A stretch of DNA of 63,226 nucleotides, the filler included. It is 6 parts of 6 records of this genome, joined end to end, with 100 filler letters (N's around TTAATTAATTAA, not from the genome) between each part and the next. Parts side by side here need not be neighbours in the genome. Positions count along the whole stretch, not along the records: positions 28,870 to 42,444 come from SRR31156797_1799; 5 more parts are not named here. The stretch is one strand, 5' to 3'. The position numbers and the translations under genes were made by a program. Below the pieces are notes generated by a model that did not search any database, was not told the origin of the DNA, and saw nothing but the letters and a program-made list of their open reading frames with translations. This document shows positions 30,012 through 40,349 of this stretch, piece by piece; positions within the stretch are counted from its first letter, which is position 1; every line of letters starts with the position of its first letter.

Positions 30012-33000
30012 ATGGGCGATAAGATGAGATTGCTTCCCTTCGGGGAAATTCTTGAAAGGATGTTTGAAGAATACAGAACCAGAAAGAGTCTTTTCGACCT
30101 GCGTGAGGAGTCATGGTACCGAAAAGCGGACAGCAGGAGCCTGGATATTTTCGGAGACGACTGCGGAACGGTTCTCGGTCCCGCGGCGGGCCCCCAGACC
30201 CAGCTGGCCCAGAACATTATCTCATCCTATCTGACAGGCAGTCGGTTTATCGAACTGAAAACGGTCCAGGTACTCGATGCCCTGGAGATCGAGAAGCCCT
30301 GTATTGACGCTTATGATGAGGGATTCAATACGGAATGGTCTACCGAACTGAGCCTTCAGAGGGCCTGGGAGGAGTACGCCAAGAGCTGGATACTTCTCCA
30401 TTTGGTCGAAGAATTGTGGGATTTCAATAACATCGGAGGCGATCGTTCCTTCTCCTTTAATATGAGCGTCGGCTATGACCTGAAGGGAATCAAGACAGAG
30501 AAGATGCAGACCTATCTCCGGAGAATGATGGACTCAGGTGATGAGGACCAGTTTAAGAAGTGGATCGATGAGATGGCTGAGATTATCCCCCCCCTTCTGA
30601 AGGGGACCGGCCTCGAACAAAAAGCCGACAAGATCGCCGCTATCGGGGATCGCATCTCTCCTGTTATCTGCCGCAGCGTCACGCTCTCGACGATGCACGG
30701 CTGTCCTCCTGATGAAATCGAAGCGATCTGCCGCTATATGCTTGTGGAGAAGGGGCTTGATACCTTTGTAAAACTGAATCCTACCCTGCTGGGATTCGAT
30801 ACGGTGAATTCCATTCTGAAGGGCTTGGGTTACGAATATGTCTCTCTCAACAGAGGGGGATTCGAACATGACCTTCAGTACGATGACGCCCTGGCCATAC
30901 TGACCCGCCTCAGGGAATCGGCGCTGAACGAGGGGCGGCGCTTCGGCGTCAAGCTCACCAACACACTGGCGTCAGTGAACAACCGGGACGAACTGCCCGG
31001 TGACGAGATGTATATGTCCGGCAGGGCCCTCTTTCCCCTTTCCATCAACCTGGCCGCCAGGCTGTCCCGCTACTTCGAAGGCGACCTGCCCATCTCCTAT
31101 TCGGGGGGAATTTCCATCCACAATGTGAAAGAGGTTTTCGCCACGGGGATCCGGCCCATAACCATGTGCACGGCGCTGTTAAAGCCCGGAGGCTATCCCC
31201 TGCAGGCCCAGATGGCCAGGGCCATTGAAGAGATGACAAACTGGCAGGCCGATAAAATCGATGTGAAGGCGCTGGAGGAACTGGCCGCGTCATCCCTGAG
31301 CGATAAAACCCTGCGCAAGGATTTCCGGGGACTCGACGAAGTGAGCAGCGAAGGGCCCTTGCCTGTGTTCGACTGCTACGTCGCGCCCTGCGTCGGCGCC
31401 TGCGCCATCAATCAGCACATCCCCGAGTATATCAGGCTTGTGGGAGAAGAAAGATACGCCGAGGCCCTGGAGGCGATCTACGAGCGCAACGCTCTTCCCT
31501 CTATGACTGGGAATATCTGTGATAACCGCTGTCAGCACAGCTGTACGAGACTCGACTACGAGGGCTGTCTCAACATCAGGGAGATCAAAAAGATTGCAGT
31601 GGAACGGGGTATGGAAGGGTACCTCGAACGCTGGGAGAAACCGGAAATGACGAGGGAAGCGAAATGCGCCGTCGTCGGGGCGGGACCGGCGGGATTGTCC
31701 GCCGCCTACTTCCTGGCCCGCGAGGGTTTCGAGGTCACCGTATTCGAAAGAGAAGCGGATGCGGGCGGCGTCGTCCGTTACGTGGTGCCCCACTTCAGGA
31801 TCACGAGAGAAGCGATCGAGAGCGATGTGGACCATATAAAAAGACAGGGTGTGAAATTCCTCTTCGGAACGGAGGAAAAAATCGATGTGGATGACCTGAA
31901 GAGCCGGGGCTTCAGCTATGTGGTTCTCGGACTGGGGACCTACCAGACCAGAACCCTGCCGATCGAAGGCGATAACAGCAACATCATTCCCTCCCTGACA
32001 TTCCTGACCGAGTTCAACCAGGATCCCAAGGCGATGAAAATCGGAAAGAACGTCGTTGTCATCGGCGCCGGAGACACGGCCATGGACTGCGCCAGATCGG
32101 CGCTGCGCTGTGCCGGCACTGAAAAGGTCACGATAGTGTACAGAAGGGCGTTCTCCCAGATGCCCGCCAGCCAGGAGGAGTATGAAGACGCCAGAGAAGA
32201 CGGCGTGCCCTTCCGCTGGCTGCGCAGCCCCGAGGAATTTAATGCCGACGGCACGTTGACCCTCAGGGTGATGGAACTGGGCGAAAAGGATGATTCGGGA
32301 AGGAGACGGCCCGTGCCGACAGACCAGACCGAATCCATGCGGGTCGATACCCTTATCTACGCCATCGGCGACGATCCGGATGAGGAGCTGATGAAGGACA
32401 TCGGCCTGGAAGTCAACAAACGGGGCATCGTCCCCACGGGAAATAACGGCGAAACCAATATGGAGAATGTCTATCTCTGCGGGGACAGCCGGACGGGCGC
32501 TTCCACCATAGTCAAATGCATCGCCGAGGGGCGGCGGACCGCCGACGCCATAACCCGGAAAGACGAGGCGTCGTGGCATCGCACAGAGAGTCTGCCCTTT
32601 GTCGATCCCGATGAGAGGGTCGCTCAGATCCAGGCCAAAAAGGTCGATATCATCGAAAAACCCAATGCGAGGAAATACAGTGATTACAAACAGTTCGGTA
32701 AAACCGAACTGAGCCGCTGTCTTGAGTGCAATTACGTGTGCAACAAATGCGTCGACGTCTGTCCGAACAGGGCCAACATCACCGTCTCCGTCGCAGGGGA
32801 GCGGGGGTTTAAGGATCCCTTTGAAATCGTCCATATCGATTCCTACTGTAACGAGTGCGGCGACTGCGGTCATTTCTGCCCCTGGCAGGGACGGCCCTAT
32901 GTAGATAAGCCCACCGTATTCACCGAAGAAGCGGATTTCCATGACAGCGAAAACCCGGGATGGCTGATCCTGGGAGAGGAGCTGCTGATACGCTTCGATG

Positions 33001-33146
33001 GAGAGACCTCCAGGCTTCCCTTGGAAGAGGGCAGGATCGCCGCTGATCCGGGGGATGATCCGGCCAGGATCAGATTCTACAGGCTTTTCGACATCCTCAA
33101 CGAAAAGCGGCCCCATCTGTTCGGCCCCATGGACCCGATGGTGTAG
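30012..33146 (+). CDS. ygfK: YgfK-type Fe-S flavoprotein oxidoreductase ('putative selenate reductase subunit')
   Basis: GPAAGPQTQLAQN, RFIELKTVQ, STMHGCPPDEIE, KLNPTLLG, GAGPAG, C-terminal CNKCVDVCPNRAN and CNECGDC. Confidence 0.92.
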   Translation: MGDKMRLLPFGEILERMFEEYRTRKSLFDLREESWYRKADSRSLDIFGDDCGTVLGPAAGPQTQLAQNIISSYLTGSRFIELKTVQVLDALEIEKPCIDAYDEGFNTEWSTELSLQRAWEEYAKSWILLHLVEELWDFNNIGGDRSFSFNMSVGYDLKGIKTEKMQTYLRRMMDSGDEDQFKKWIDEMAEIIPPLLKGTGLEQKADKIAAIGDRISPVICRSVTLSTMHGCPPDEIEAICRYMLVEKGLDTFVKLNPTLLGFDTVNSILKGLGYEYVSLNRGGFEHDLQYDDALAILTRLRESALNEGRRFGVKLTNTLASVNNRDELPGDEMYMSGRALFPLSINLAARLSRYFEGDLPISYSGGISIHNVKEVFATGIRPITMCTALLKPGGYPLQAQMARAIEEMTNWQADKIDVKALEELAASSLSDKTLRKDFRGLDEVSSEGPLPVFDCYVAPCVGACAINQHIPEYIRLVGEERYAEALEAIYERNALPSMTGNICDNRCQHSCTRLDYEGCLNIREIKKIAVERGMEGYLERWEKPEMTREAKCAVVGAGPAGLSAAYFLAREGFEVTVFEREADAGGVVRYVVPHFRITREAIESDVDHIKRQGVKFLFGTEEKIDVDDLKSRGFSYVVLGLGTYQTRTLPIEGDNSNIIPSLTFLTEFNQDPKAMKIGKNVVVIGAGDTAMDCARSALRCAGTEKVTIVYRRAFSQMPASQEEYEDAREDGVPFRWLRSPEEFNADGTLTLRVMELGEKDDSGRRRPVPTDQTESMRVDTLIYAIGDDPDEELMKDIGLEVNKRGIVPTGNNGETNMENVYLCGDSRTGASTIVKCIAEGRRTADAITRKDEASWHRTESLPFVDPDERVAQIQAKKVDIIEKPNARKYSDYKQFGKTELSRCLECNYVCNKCVDVCPNRANITVSVAGERGFKDPFEIVHIDSYCNECGDCGHFCPWQGRPYVDKPTVFTEEADFHDSENPGWLILGEELLIRFDGETSRLPLEEGRIAADPGDDPARIRFYRLFDILNEKRPHLFGPMDPMV

Positions 33147-33157
33147 GGAGACATGCT

Positions 33158-35299
33158 ATGAGCGAGACCATATCCCGTTCCATTCCCCGTCCCGACGGCA
33201 AAGCGAAGGCTGCCGGAACGGCCCGGTATATCGGAGATCACGACTACAAAGGGGCCCTGACGGCCCGTTTCTACCGATCCGACTTTGCGAGGGGCACAAT
33301 CACCAGGGTGACGGTTCCCCCTCTGCCCGAAGGGTACTTCCATATCAACCACAAAGATGTGCCGCCCCGGGGGGAGAACCGTCTGGCCCTGATCAAAAAG
33401 GATTGGCCCGCGTTCGCCGAGGGGGAGGTCCGGTACAAGGGTCAGATCATCGGTCTGATCTGCGGACCCGATCCTGAGGAGGTGGACAGGATCATCCGCT
33501 CTGTGCAAGTGGAATACGATCCTGCGGAGCCGGCCGTCACACTGGATGACTCCCTTGCGCTCAAAGGCGGTCCCCTTGTGGGAGATGACAATACCTTCGC
33601 CCGGATCGATCTGGGACGGGGGGATGTGGAGGCGGCGTTCCAGAGGGCGTCGGAAGTCCTGGAGGCGACCTATGAGACGGGCTTTCAGGAGCAGCTCTAT
33701 ATGGAACCCCAGGGACTGGTCGCCTGGTCCGAAGGAAAAAAGGTCCATGTTCACGGTTCCATGCAATGCCCCTATTACGTGAAGCACGCGGTACAGGAGA
33801 TCCTGGGTCCCGGTCATGAGGTGCGAGCGGTCGAAGCGACAATCGGCGGGGGGTTCGGAGGCAAAGAGGACTATCCCGAAATCATGGGAGCCCCGCTGGC
33901 CGTGGCCGCTCTGAAAACCGCTAAGCCCCTGCGCATGATCTTTGACAGGACGGAAGATATGGCCTGGACGAGCAAAAGGCATCCCAGCCGCATCAAAGTC
34001 CGGACGGCCCATGACGATAAGGGCAGGATTATGGCCATGGACATCGACTGCATGATCGACGGAGGGGCCTACGAAACCTATTCCCTGATCGTTTTGATGA
34101 GGGCTGTTTTCACCAGTACGGGGGTCTATAATTTTGAAGCCTTTAGAGTGTGGGGGCGGGCTATGGCCACCTGCACCGTCCCCTCGGGAGCCTTCCGCGG
34201 GTTCGGGGCCCCTCAGGCCCTTTTCGCCCTTGAGATGCATATGGAAAAATGCGCCAGACAGTTCGGACGGGAATCGCTGGAATACAAGAAGTCCTATTTC
34301 CTGAAGAAGGGAGACCCCACCATCACAGGCGGGAAGATCCGGGATGATGTTGTACTGGACAAGATGTTAAGCCGCGCCGAAGAGATGTCTCAGTACAGCG
34401 CCAAGAGGGCCAGATACAAATCCGAACCGTGGAAGGGCATCGGCATGTCGATATTCAATCACGGCTGCGGCTTTACCGGAGACGGGGAACAGAGGATCAT
34501 CAAGGCCAGTGCGGCGCTGAGGAAAAGGGCTGACGGCACTGTGGAGATCCGTACGGCGGCCGTCGATTTCGGCCAGGGGCCCCGGACCACCTTCAGGAAG
34601 GTCGTGGGCAGGGTTCTGGGGATTGAACCGGAAAAACTCTTATTCGCTCTGCCCGATACGGATGAGGTTCCCGATTCGGGACCCACTGTAGCGAGCCGGA
34701 CCATTATGATCGTGGGGTACCTGCTCCAGGAAGCGGCGAAGGAACTGAAGGCCCGATGGAAGGACGGCGAAGAACAGGACGTTCTGAAGCGCTACGAAAT
34801 GCCCCCGGGAATGAGCTGGGACCAGGAGACGCTTCAGGGCGACGCTTACGCCACCTTCGGCTGGGGCGTCAATGTCTGCGAGGTCTCTGTTGATCCCCTG
34901 ACATGGGAGACCAGGGTGTTGGGAGCCTGGGCCGTTTACGACGTGGGCGTCGCCATTGACGAAAAGGTCGTGAACGGCCAGATCCAGGGCGGCATGAGCC
35001 AGGCCCTCGGTTACGGAGCCATGGAAAACCTCACCGTCGACGGGGAGGGGGTGTTCCGTCAGAGAAGCATGGCGGATTATATGGTCCCCACCTCGCTCGA
35101 TTTCCCCCGGACGGGAGCCGATACCATCGACAATCCCTATGCATACGGCCCCTTCGGCGCCAAGGGGATGGGAGAAATGGTTCATGACGGCGGCCATGCC
35201 GCCTTTGCCGCAGCCGTGGAACAGGCCGTAGGGAAGGACTGCCGTAAGATCCCCCTCATACCGGAAACGCTAATGGAGATCATGAAAAATGAAGATTGA
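33158..35299 (+). CDS. Xanthine dehydrogenase-family molybdopterin-binding subunit
   Basis: GGGFGGK, SKRHP, GAFRGFG, GQIQGG, GAKGMGE. Confidence 0.92.
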   Translation: MSETISRSIPRPDGKAKAAGTARYIGDHDYKGALTARFYRSDFARGTITRVTVPPLPEGYFHINHKDVPPRGENRLALIKKDWPAFAEGEVRYKGQIIGLICGPDPEEVDRIIRSVQVEYDPAEPAVTLDDSLALKGGPLVGDDNTFARIDLGRGDVEAAFQRASEVLEATYETGFQEQLYMEPQGLVAWSEGKKVHVHGSMQCPYYVKHAVQEILGPGHEVRAVEATIGGGFGGKEDYPEIMGAPLAVAALKTAKPLRMIFDRTEDMAWTSKRHPSRIKVRTAHDDKGRIMAMDIDCMIDGGAYETYSLIVLMRAVFTSTGVYNFEAFRVWGRAMATCTVPSGAFRGFGAPQALFALEMHMEKCARQFGRESLEYKKSYFLKKGDPTITGGKIRDDVVLDKMLSRAEEMSQYSAKRARYKSEPWKGIGMSIFNHGCGFTGDGEQRIIKASAALRKRADGTVEIRTAAVDFGQGPRTTFRKVVGRVLGIEPEKLLFALPDTDEVPDSGPTVASRTIMIVGYLLQEAAKELKARWKDGEEQDVLKRYEMPPGMSWDQETLQGDAYATFGWGVNVCEVSVDPLTWETRVLGAWAVYDVGVAIDEKVVNGQIQGGMSQALGYGAMENLTVDGEGVFRQRSMADYMVPTSLDFPRTGADTIDNPYAYGPFGAKGMGEMVHDGGHAAFAAAVEQAVGKDCRKIPLIPETLMEIMKNED

Positions 35300-35759
35300 A
35301 ATGACAGTGAACGGCCGGAAGAAAACGCTTCATGCCGATCCCCTCAGCCGCCTGCTCGATATCCTCAGAAACCAGCTGGCGTTGACCGGTACCAAGGAGG
35401 GTTGCGGCGAAGGGGAATGCGGAGCCTGCAGCGTTCTGATGAACGGGCGGCTTGTCAACTCCTGCCTGATACCCATCGCCCAGTGCGACGGCTCTGAGAT
35501 CACGACCATTGAAGGGATCTCCGCCACCGAGAGGGGAAAGGTCCTGACAGAAGCCTTTGCCGAGGCCCATGCGGTTCAGTGCGGGTTCTGCTCCCCCGGA
35601 ATGATTATGGCGGCGGAGTCGGTGCTCAGAAAGAATCCCAGACCCACGGAACAGGAGATCCGCGAAGGGCTGTCCGGCAATATCTGCCGCTGCACCGGAT
35701 ACGATATGATTATCGACGGCATTGAGCTGGCTGCGAAGAAGGGGGACGGCTTATGGTAG
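35289..35759 (+). CDS. Molybdenum hydroxylase [2Fe-2S] subunit
   Basis: GTKEGCGEGECGAC, QCGFCSPG, GNICRCTGY. Confidence 0.95.
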   Translation: MKIEMTVNGRKKTLHADPLSRLLDILRNQLALTGTKEGCGEGECGACSVLMNGRLVNSCLIPIAQCDGSEITTIEGISATERGKVLTEAFAEAHAVQCGFCSPGMIMAAESVLRKNPRPTEQEIREGLSGNICRCTGYDMIIDGIELAAKKGDGLW

Positions 35760-36598
35760 ATGTGCTCAGACCCCGCCGCCTCGATGAGGCCCTGAGCTGG
35801 TTAGCTGACAGGAATGCGCTGCCCATGGCTGGGGGGACGGACCTTATGGTTCACTACAGAAACTACACGGGAACGGACTCCCTCATAGACAGGCCCGTAC
35901 TGTTCACCGATGCCATAGAGGAGCTGCGGGAGATAGAAGACCTCGGCGACGCGCTGAAGATCGGAGCCGCCTGTCTGCTCTCGGAGATCGAAGAGAATCA
36001 GGATGTCCCCGCTGTTATACGCCTGGCTGTCAGCCAAATTGCCGCTCCGGCGCTGCGCAACAGGGCGACCATGGCGGGGAACATATGCAATGCCTCCCCG
36101 GCGGGAGATACCCTTCCCCCCCTTTTCGTCTATGAAGCCCGGCTGGTCCTTGCCAGCTCCCACGGGTCGAGAATTCTTGACATCGGCGACTTTATAAGCG
36201 GGCCGGGTCAGACGGCGCTTTCAGGGGACGAACTGCTGACCCATATCATTGTCCCGAAGCGGAAAGATGATTTTTCATATTACAGGAAGGTGGGAACCAG
36301 AGCGGCGAACGCCCTTTCGAAGCTCTCGGTAACGGCGTTGGCCGGAACGGAGGGCGGACGCATACGGGATTTCAGGATGGCCTTAGGGGCAGTCGCTCCC
36401 ACGGTCGTCCGCAACAGGGATCTGGAATTACTGATTGAGGGGAAAAAGATCGATCAGATTGATATCGACCAAATATGTCAATCCTATAGTCCTTCTATAC
36501 GGCCGATTGATGATCAGCGCTCGACAGCCCGCTACCGGAAAGAGGTGGCCCTGAATCTGATCGGCGATGTCTTTGAGAAATTGTGGGAGTCATTATGA
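35753..36598 (+). CDS. Molybdenum hydroxylase FAD-binding subunit
   Basis: AGGTDL, RNRATMAGNICNASPAGD, PIDDQRSTARYR. Confidence 0.92.
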   Translation: MVDVLRPRRLDEALSWLADRNALPMAGGTDLMVHYRNYTGTDSLIDRPVLFTDAIEELREIEDLGDALKIGAACLLSEIEENQDVPAVIRLAVSQIAAPALRNRATMAGNICNASPAGDTLPPLFVYEARLVLASSHGSRILDIGDFISGPGQTALSGDELLTHIIVPKRKDDFSYYRKVGTRAANALSKLSVTALAGTEGGRIRDFRMALGAVAPTVVRNRDLELLIEGKKIDQIDIDQICQSYSPSIRPIDDQRSTARYRKEVALNLIGDVFEKLWESL

Positions 36599-37395
36599 TT
36601 AAGGAATACAAGAGAGCCGCCACAATAGAGGAGGCCGTCAAGCTTTCTACTAAGGGATTCGTATTTCTGGCCGGAGGAACTCAGGTCAACAGCGCCCCCT
36701 TCAGGAAATGGGGCCGTCCTGTGGAAAAAGTGCTCTCCCTGGAATCGCTTGGACTGGATGAGCTGAAAAGAGAGGGGAAAAAACTGACCATAGGCGCTAT
36801 GGTGACGCTTCAGGATTTGTCCGACTCCCCTGCCGTTCCCGATTGGATCAGAACCGCCGCATCCTTTATTCCCACCCGAAGCGTACGGAATATGGCGACC
36901 ATCGGGGGCAATGTGGGAGCGAATCGCCCCGACTCCTATCTCATCCCCGCGCTCATCGCTTCGGGAGCTCTGGCCCTTCTGGCCGATGAGAGATCTCTTC
37001 CCGTTGAACAATACATCCGGGAGGGTCGCGAAGACCTGATCCTCCGCTTTGAGATTCCCGGTCTCCCCGGGACGGCCCTTGCGATTAAGGAATCGCGTTC
37101 CCATCTGGCCCTGCCTGTGGTTTCCGCGGCGGTCCGGATTGCCGGCGAACAGGGATCTGTCAGCGAGGCGGTCATAGCGGCAGGCTGCGTGGCTTCCCGC
37201 TGTATTCGTTTGACCGATGTGGAGAAGGGTCTGGTCCGGGGCCAACTGTCCCGGGGCGAGGCGCTGGAAGAGGCTATAGGGAAAAGCATCGACCCCGAGA
37301 CGGATATAAGGGGTTCGGCTTCGTATAAAAAATATATCAACAGCGTGGTGATTGCCGATGCGGTCCGCTCCTGTCTCAGGGAGGTTGAGCGATGA
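36595..37395 (+). CDS. YgfM-like FAD-binding subunit
   Basis: LAGGTQVN, RNMATIGGN, DIRGSASYKKY; directly upstream of xdhD. Confidence 0.85.
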   Translation: MIKEYKRAATIEEAVKLSTKGFVFLAGGTQVNSAPFRKWGRPVEKVLSLESLGLDELKREGKKLTIGAMVTLQDLSDSPAVPDWIRTAASFIPTRSVRNMATIGGNVGANRPDSYLIPALIASGALALLADERSLPVEQYIREGREDLILRFEIPGLPGTALAIKESRSHLALPVVSAAVRIAGEQGSVSEAVIAAGCVASRCIRLTDVEKGLVRGQLSRGEALEEAIGKSIDPETDIRGSASYKKYINSVVIADAVRSCLREVER

Positions 37396-40265
37396 AAATC
37401 AGTTTTGTTTTGAACGGACGGCCCGTCAGCTGCGAGGGAGCTCCCGGTGAAAGCGCACAGCGTTTTCTGCAGAGAAACGGCATCCCCTCCGTCAGAAACA
37501 GCGACGACGGATTCGGTTTTGCCGGTTCCGATACCATTCTATTGGATGGTAAGGTCGTCGGCGCCAATATCCTTCTGGCCCCCCAGCTCGAAGGGCATAA
37601 TGTGAAAACCGTTGAGTTCCTGAAAAACGGCAGAGAGTTGTCGCTCATCCAGAACGCTCTGGTAGAAGCCGGCTGCGTTCAGTCGGGCTACAACAGCCCG
37701 GCGGCGGCCCTTATGATCTACGCTCTGCTCGAACGCAGCGATGATCCGACGAGGGAAGAGATCAGGGACGCCCTATCCGGCCTCTTTAACAGGTCCACAG
37801 GTTACGAGCAGTTCTTCAAGGCCGTGGATATGGCGGCCAAAAGAAAAAAGGCTCCCTCATACGAGGCTGATGCCCTCCCCTCCTTCGGCAGGCAATACGA
37901 TATCGTCGGAAAAGCCGGGCCGAAGAAGGATTCCTATCAGATGGTCGCCGGAGAAAAGGTCTACGTGGAAGACAGACTGGAGATCCAATCCTGTTATCTT
38001 AAGGTTCTGCGCAGCCCCCATGCCCATGCCGTTGTGAAAAGGATCGACAAGTCCCGGGCCGAAGTCCTACCGGGGGTCGTGGCGGTGTTTACCCATCATG
38101 ACGTACCGGACAAGTCCTATTCCCAGGCAGGCCAGGGTTATCCCGAACCCAGCCCCTACGATAGAAAGCTTATCAGCCGTAAGCTCCGTCATGTGGGAGA
38201 CAGGGTGGCCGCCGTAGTCGCAGAGACGGAAGAGCTCGCCAGGGAAGCCCTCGGGAAAATCGATGTGGAATACGAGGTGCTCAAACCGGTCCTGACCTGG
38301 GACGAAGCGAAGGCCCCCGGCGCGCCTTTGGTTCATAACGGGAAAATCAGCTATGTCCAAGGCGCCCCCGATGATCTGGACGAACAAAACAAAAACATCG
38401 ATGAGGATGAGGAAGGGGTGGTCTATTGCTTCCCCATAGGGGGAAAACCGGGAGAGAATATCGCCGCCGCCGTTTCCGGGGGCATCGGTGATGTGGAAAA
38501 AGGGTTTGGAGAGGCCGAGGTCATTCTGGAGAGGACCTACGGAACGAGTCAGATCCAGTGCACGCCGCTGGAAAAGCATACCTGCTACGCCAAGGTGGAG
38601 GGCGACAGGCTGATCATCCACGCGAGCACCCAGGTCCCTTACCATGTCCGGAGGATCGTGGCCACCCTCCTCGACCTGCCCGAGAATAGGGTGCGGGTCA
38701 TCAAAGAGAGAGTGGGCGGCGGATACGGTTCCAAGCAGGATATACTCATCGAAGATCTGGTGGCCTTCTGCGCCTGGAAAACGGGGCGCCCCGTCTTTCA
38801 ACAATACAGCCGCGAAGAGGAATTCCTCTCTTGCAGCACGAGAAAGCCCATGAGGATCACCGTGAAGCTGGGCGCGAAAAAGGACGGAAAGCTGACGGCC
38901 ATGTATATGAACGTCGAGTCAAACCAGGGGCCTTACGGGGCCCATGCCCTGACAGTGCCCATGAACGGGGTTTCCAAAAGCCTTCCCCTGTTCCTCTGTG
39001 ACAACGCCTCTTTCGATGTAACGGCCTATTACTCCAATATACCGCCCACAGGCGCGTACCAGGGGTACGGCGCCCCGAAGGCCAACTACGCCATGCAGAT
39101 GGCTGTAAAAGAGCTGGCCGTCGAGCTGGGGATCGACCATCTCGAGCTTCTGGAGATGAACAGGGTCCATGAAGGTGACATGCTGGAGATCCTGAGATGC
39201 CTCGGGGAAGGCCGGGAAGGAAAGCCGGCTCCCGCTACAAGCTGCGGATTGGGACCGGCCCTGAAGGAGGGGGCGAAGCTGATAGGCTGGGGAGAGAAGG
39301 AGTTCTCCGACGATCCCGACGTTAAAATCGGAAAGGGCGTCGTCACGGTGCAGCAGGGCTCGGGACTGCCTGGATTGGATCAGGCCAACTGCACAGTCAA
39401 GATGCTCGGCGACGGTACCTTCGTCGTCCAATCGGGAGGCGCCGATCTGGGCACGGGACTCGATCTGGTCAGTGCCAAAATGGTCGCCGAGGCCTTGAAG
39501 ACCCCTTTGGGTCTTATAACGGTTCAATCGGGCGACACCGACGCCGCGCCCTTTGATGTGGGAGCCTACGCTTCCAGCGGCACCTATTTTTCCGGCGGAG
39601 CGGCAAGGAACGCCGCCCGGAAGATGGCCGAAAAGATCATCCGGGAAGCGGCGGTCATTATGAATGAGGAACCGGACGATCTGAGAATCGCCTACCCTTC
39701 CAAAGTCGTTGGCAAAAAGAGAGAGCTCACTTTCAGAAAGCTCGCCTGGCACACCCAGGGAGGGGAAGGGAGCGGTCAGATTGTGGCCAGCGCAAGCTTT
39801 ACGGGAGAGGATTTCAGCTTCCCCTACGGAGCCCACTTCTGCCAGGTCGCCGTCAACACGCGAACCGGATCGGTGGAGGTCCAGAAGTATTATGCCCTCC
39901 AGGATTGCGGCATACCCGTTAACCCGGAATATGCCATGGGGCAGGTATACGGCGGCGTAGTGAAATCGATGGGCCATGCCCTTTATGAACAGATGATCTT
40001 TGACGGGAAAGGGCGCTGTCTCAACCCGGACCTGCGAAGCTACGGTGTGCCCATGATCGGCGACATACCCGAGGACTTCAGGGTCATTCTCATTGAGACG
40101 GACGATCCCTACGGACCTTTCGGGGCGAAATCTATCTCGGAAATCAGTGTCAACGGCGCGGCCCCGGTCATTGCCAATGCCATTTACGACGCGGTGGGGG
40201 TGTGGATGCGCCAGTGGCCGTTCTCTCCCGAAGCTGTGTTGAAAGCCCTGGGTAAGATCGATTGA
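37392..40265 (+). CDS. xdhD: XdhD/YgfN-type fused molybdopterin oxidoreductase
   Basis: SVRNSDDGFGFAGSD, VQSGYN, QAGQGYPEPSPYD, GGGYGSKQD, GAYQGYG, GAKSISE. Confidence 0.9.
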   Translation: MKISFVLNGRPVSCEGAPGESAQRFLQRNGIPSVRNSDDGFGFAGSDTILLDGKVVGANILLAPQLEGHNVKTVEFLKNGRELSLIQNALVEAGCVQSGYNSPAAALMIYALLERSDDPTREEIRDALSGLFNRSTGYEQFFKAVDMAAKRKKAPSYEADALPSFGRQYDIVGKAGPKKDSYQMVAGEKVYVEDRLEIQSCYLKVLRSPHAHAVVKRIDKSRAEVLPGVVAVFTHHDVPDKSYSQAGQGYPEPSPYDRKLISRKLRHVGDRVAAVVAETEELAREALGKIDVEYEVLKPVLTWDEAKAPGAPLVHNGKISYVQGAPDDLDEQNKNIDEDEEGVVYCFPIGGKPGENIAAAVSGGIGDVEKGFGEAEVILERTYGTSQIQCTPLEKHTCYAKVEGDRLIIHASTQVPYHVRRIVATLLDLPENRVRVIKERVGGGYGSKQDILIEDLVAFCAWKTGRPVFQQYSREEEFLSCSTRKPMRITVKLGAKKDGKLTAMYMNVESNQGPYGAHALTVPMNGVSKSLPLFLCDNASFDVTAYYSNIPPTGAYQGYGAPKANYAMQMAVKELAVELGIDHLELLEMNRVHEGDMLEILRCLGEGREGKPAPATSCGLGPALKEGAKLIGWGEKEFSDDPDVKIGKGVVTVQQGSGLPGLDQANCTVKMLGDGTFVVQSGGADLGTGLDLVSAKMVAEALKTPLGLITVQSGDTDAAPFDVGAYASSGTYFSGGAARNAARKMAEKIIREAAVIMNEEPDDLRIAYPSKVVGKKRELTFRKLAWHTQGGEGSGQIVASASFTGEDFSFPYGAHFCQVAVNTRTGSVEVQKYYALQDCGIPVNPEYAMGQVYGGVVKSMGHALYEQMIFDGKGRCLNPDLRSYGVPMIGDIPEDFRVILIETDDPYGPFGAKSISEISVNGAAPVIANAIYDAVGVWMRQWPFSPEAVLKALGKID

Positions 40266-40349
40266 GACTCAGATCCCAGACGAATGATGGTGACGAGTCT
40301 ATCCTTAATACGAGAGATCTCTTATGATGCGTTAAGCGTAATGTACTAA

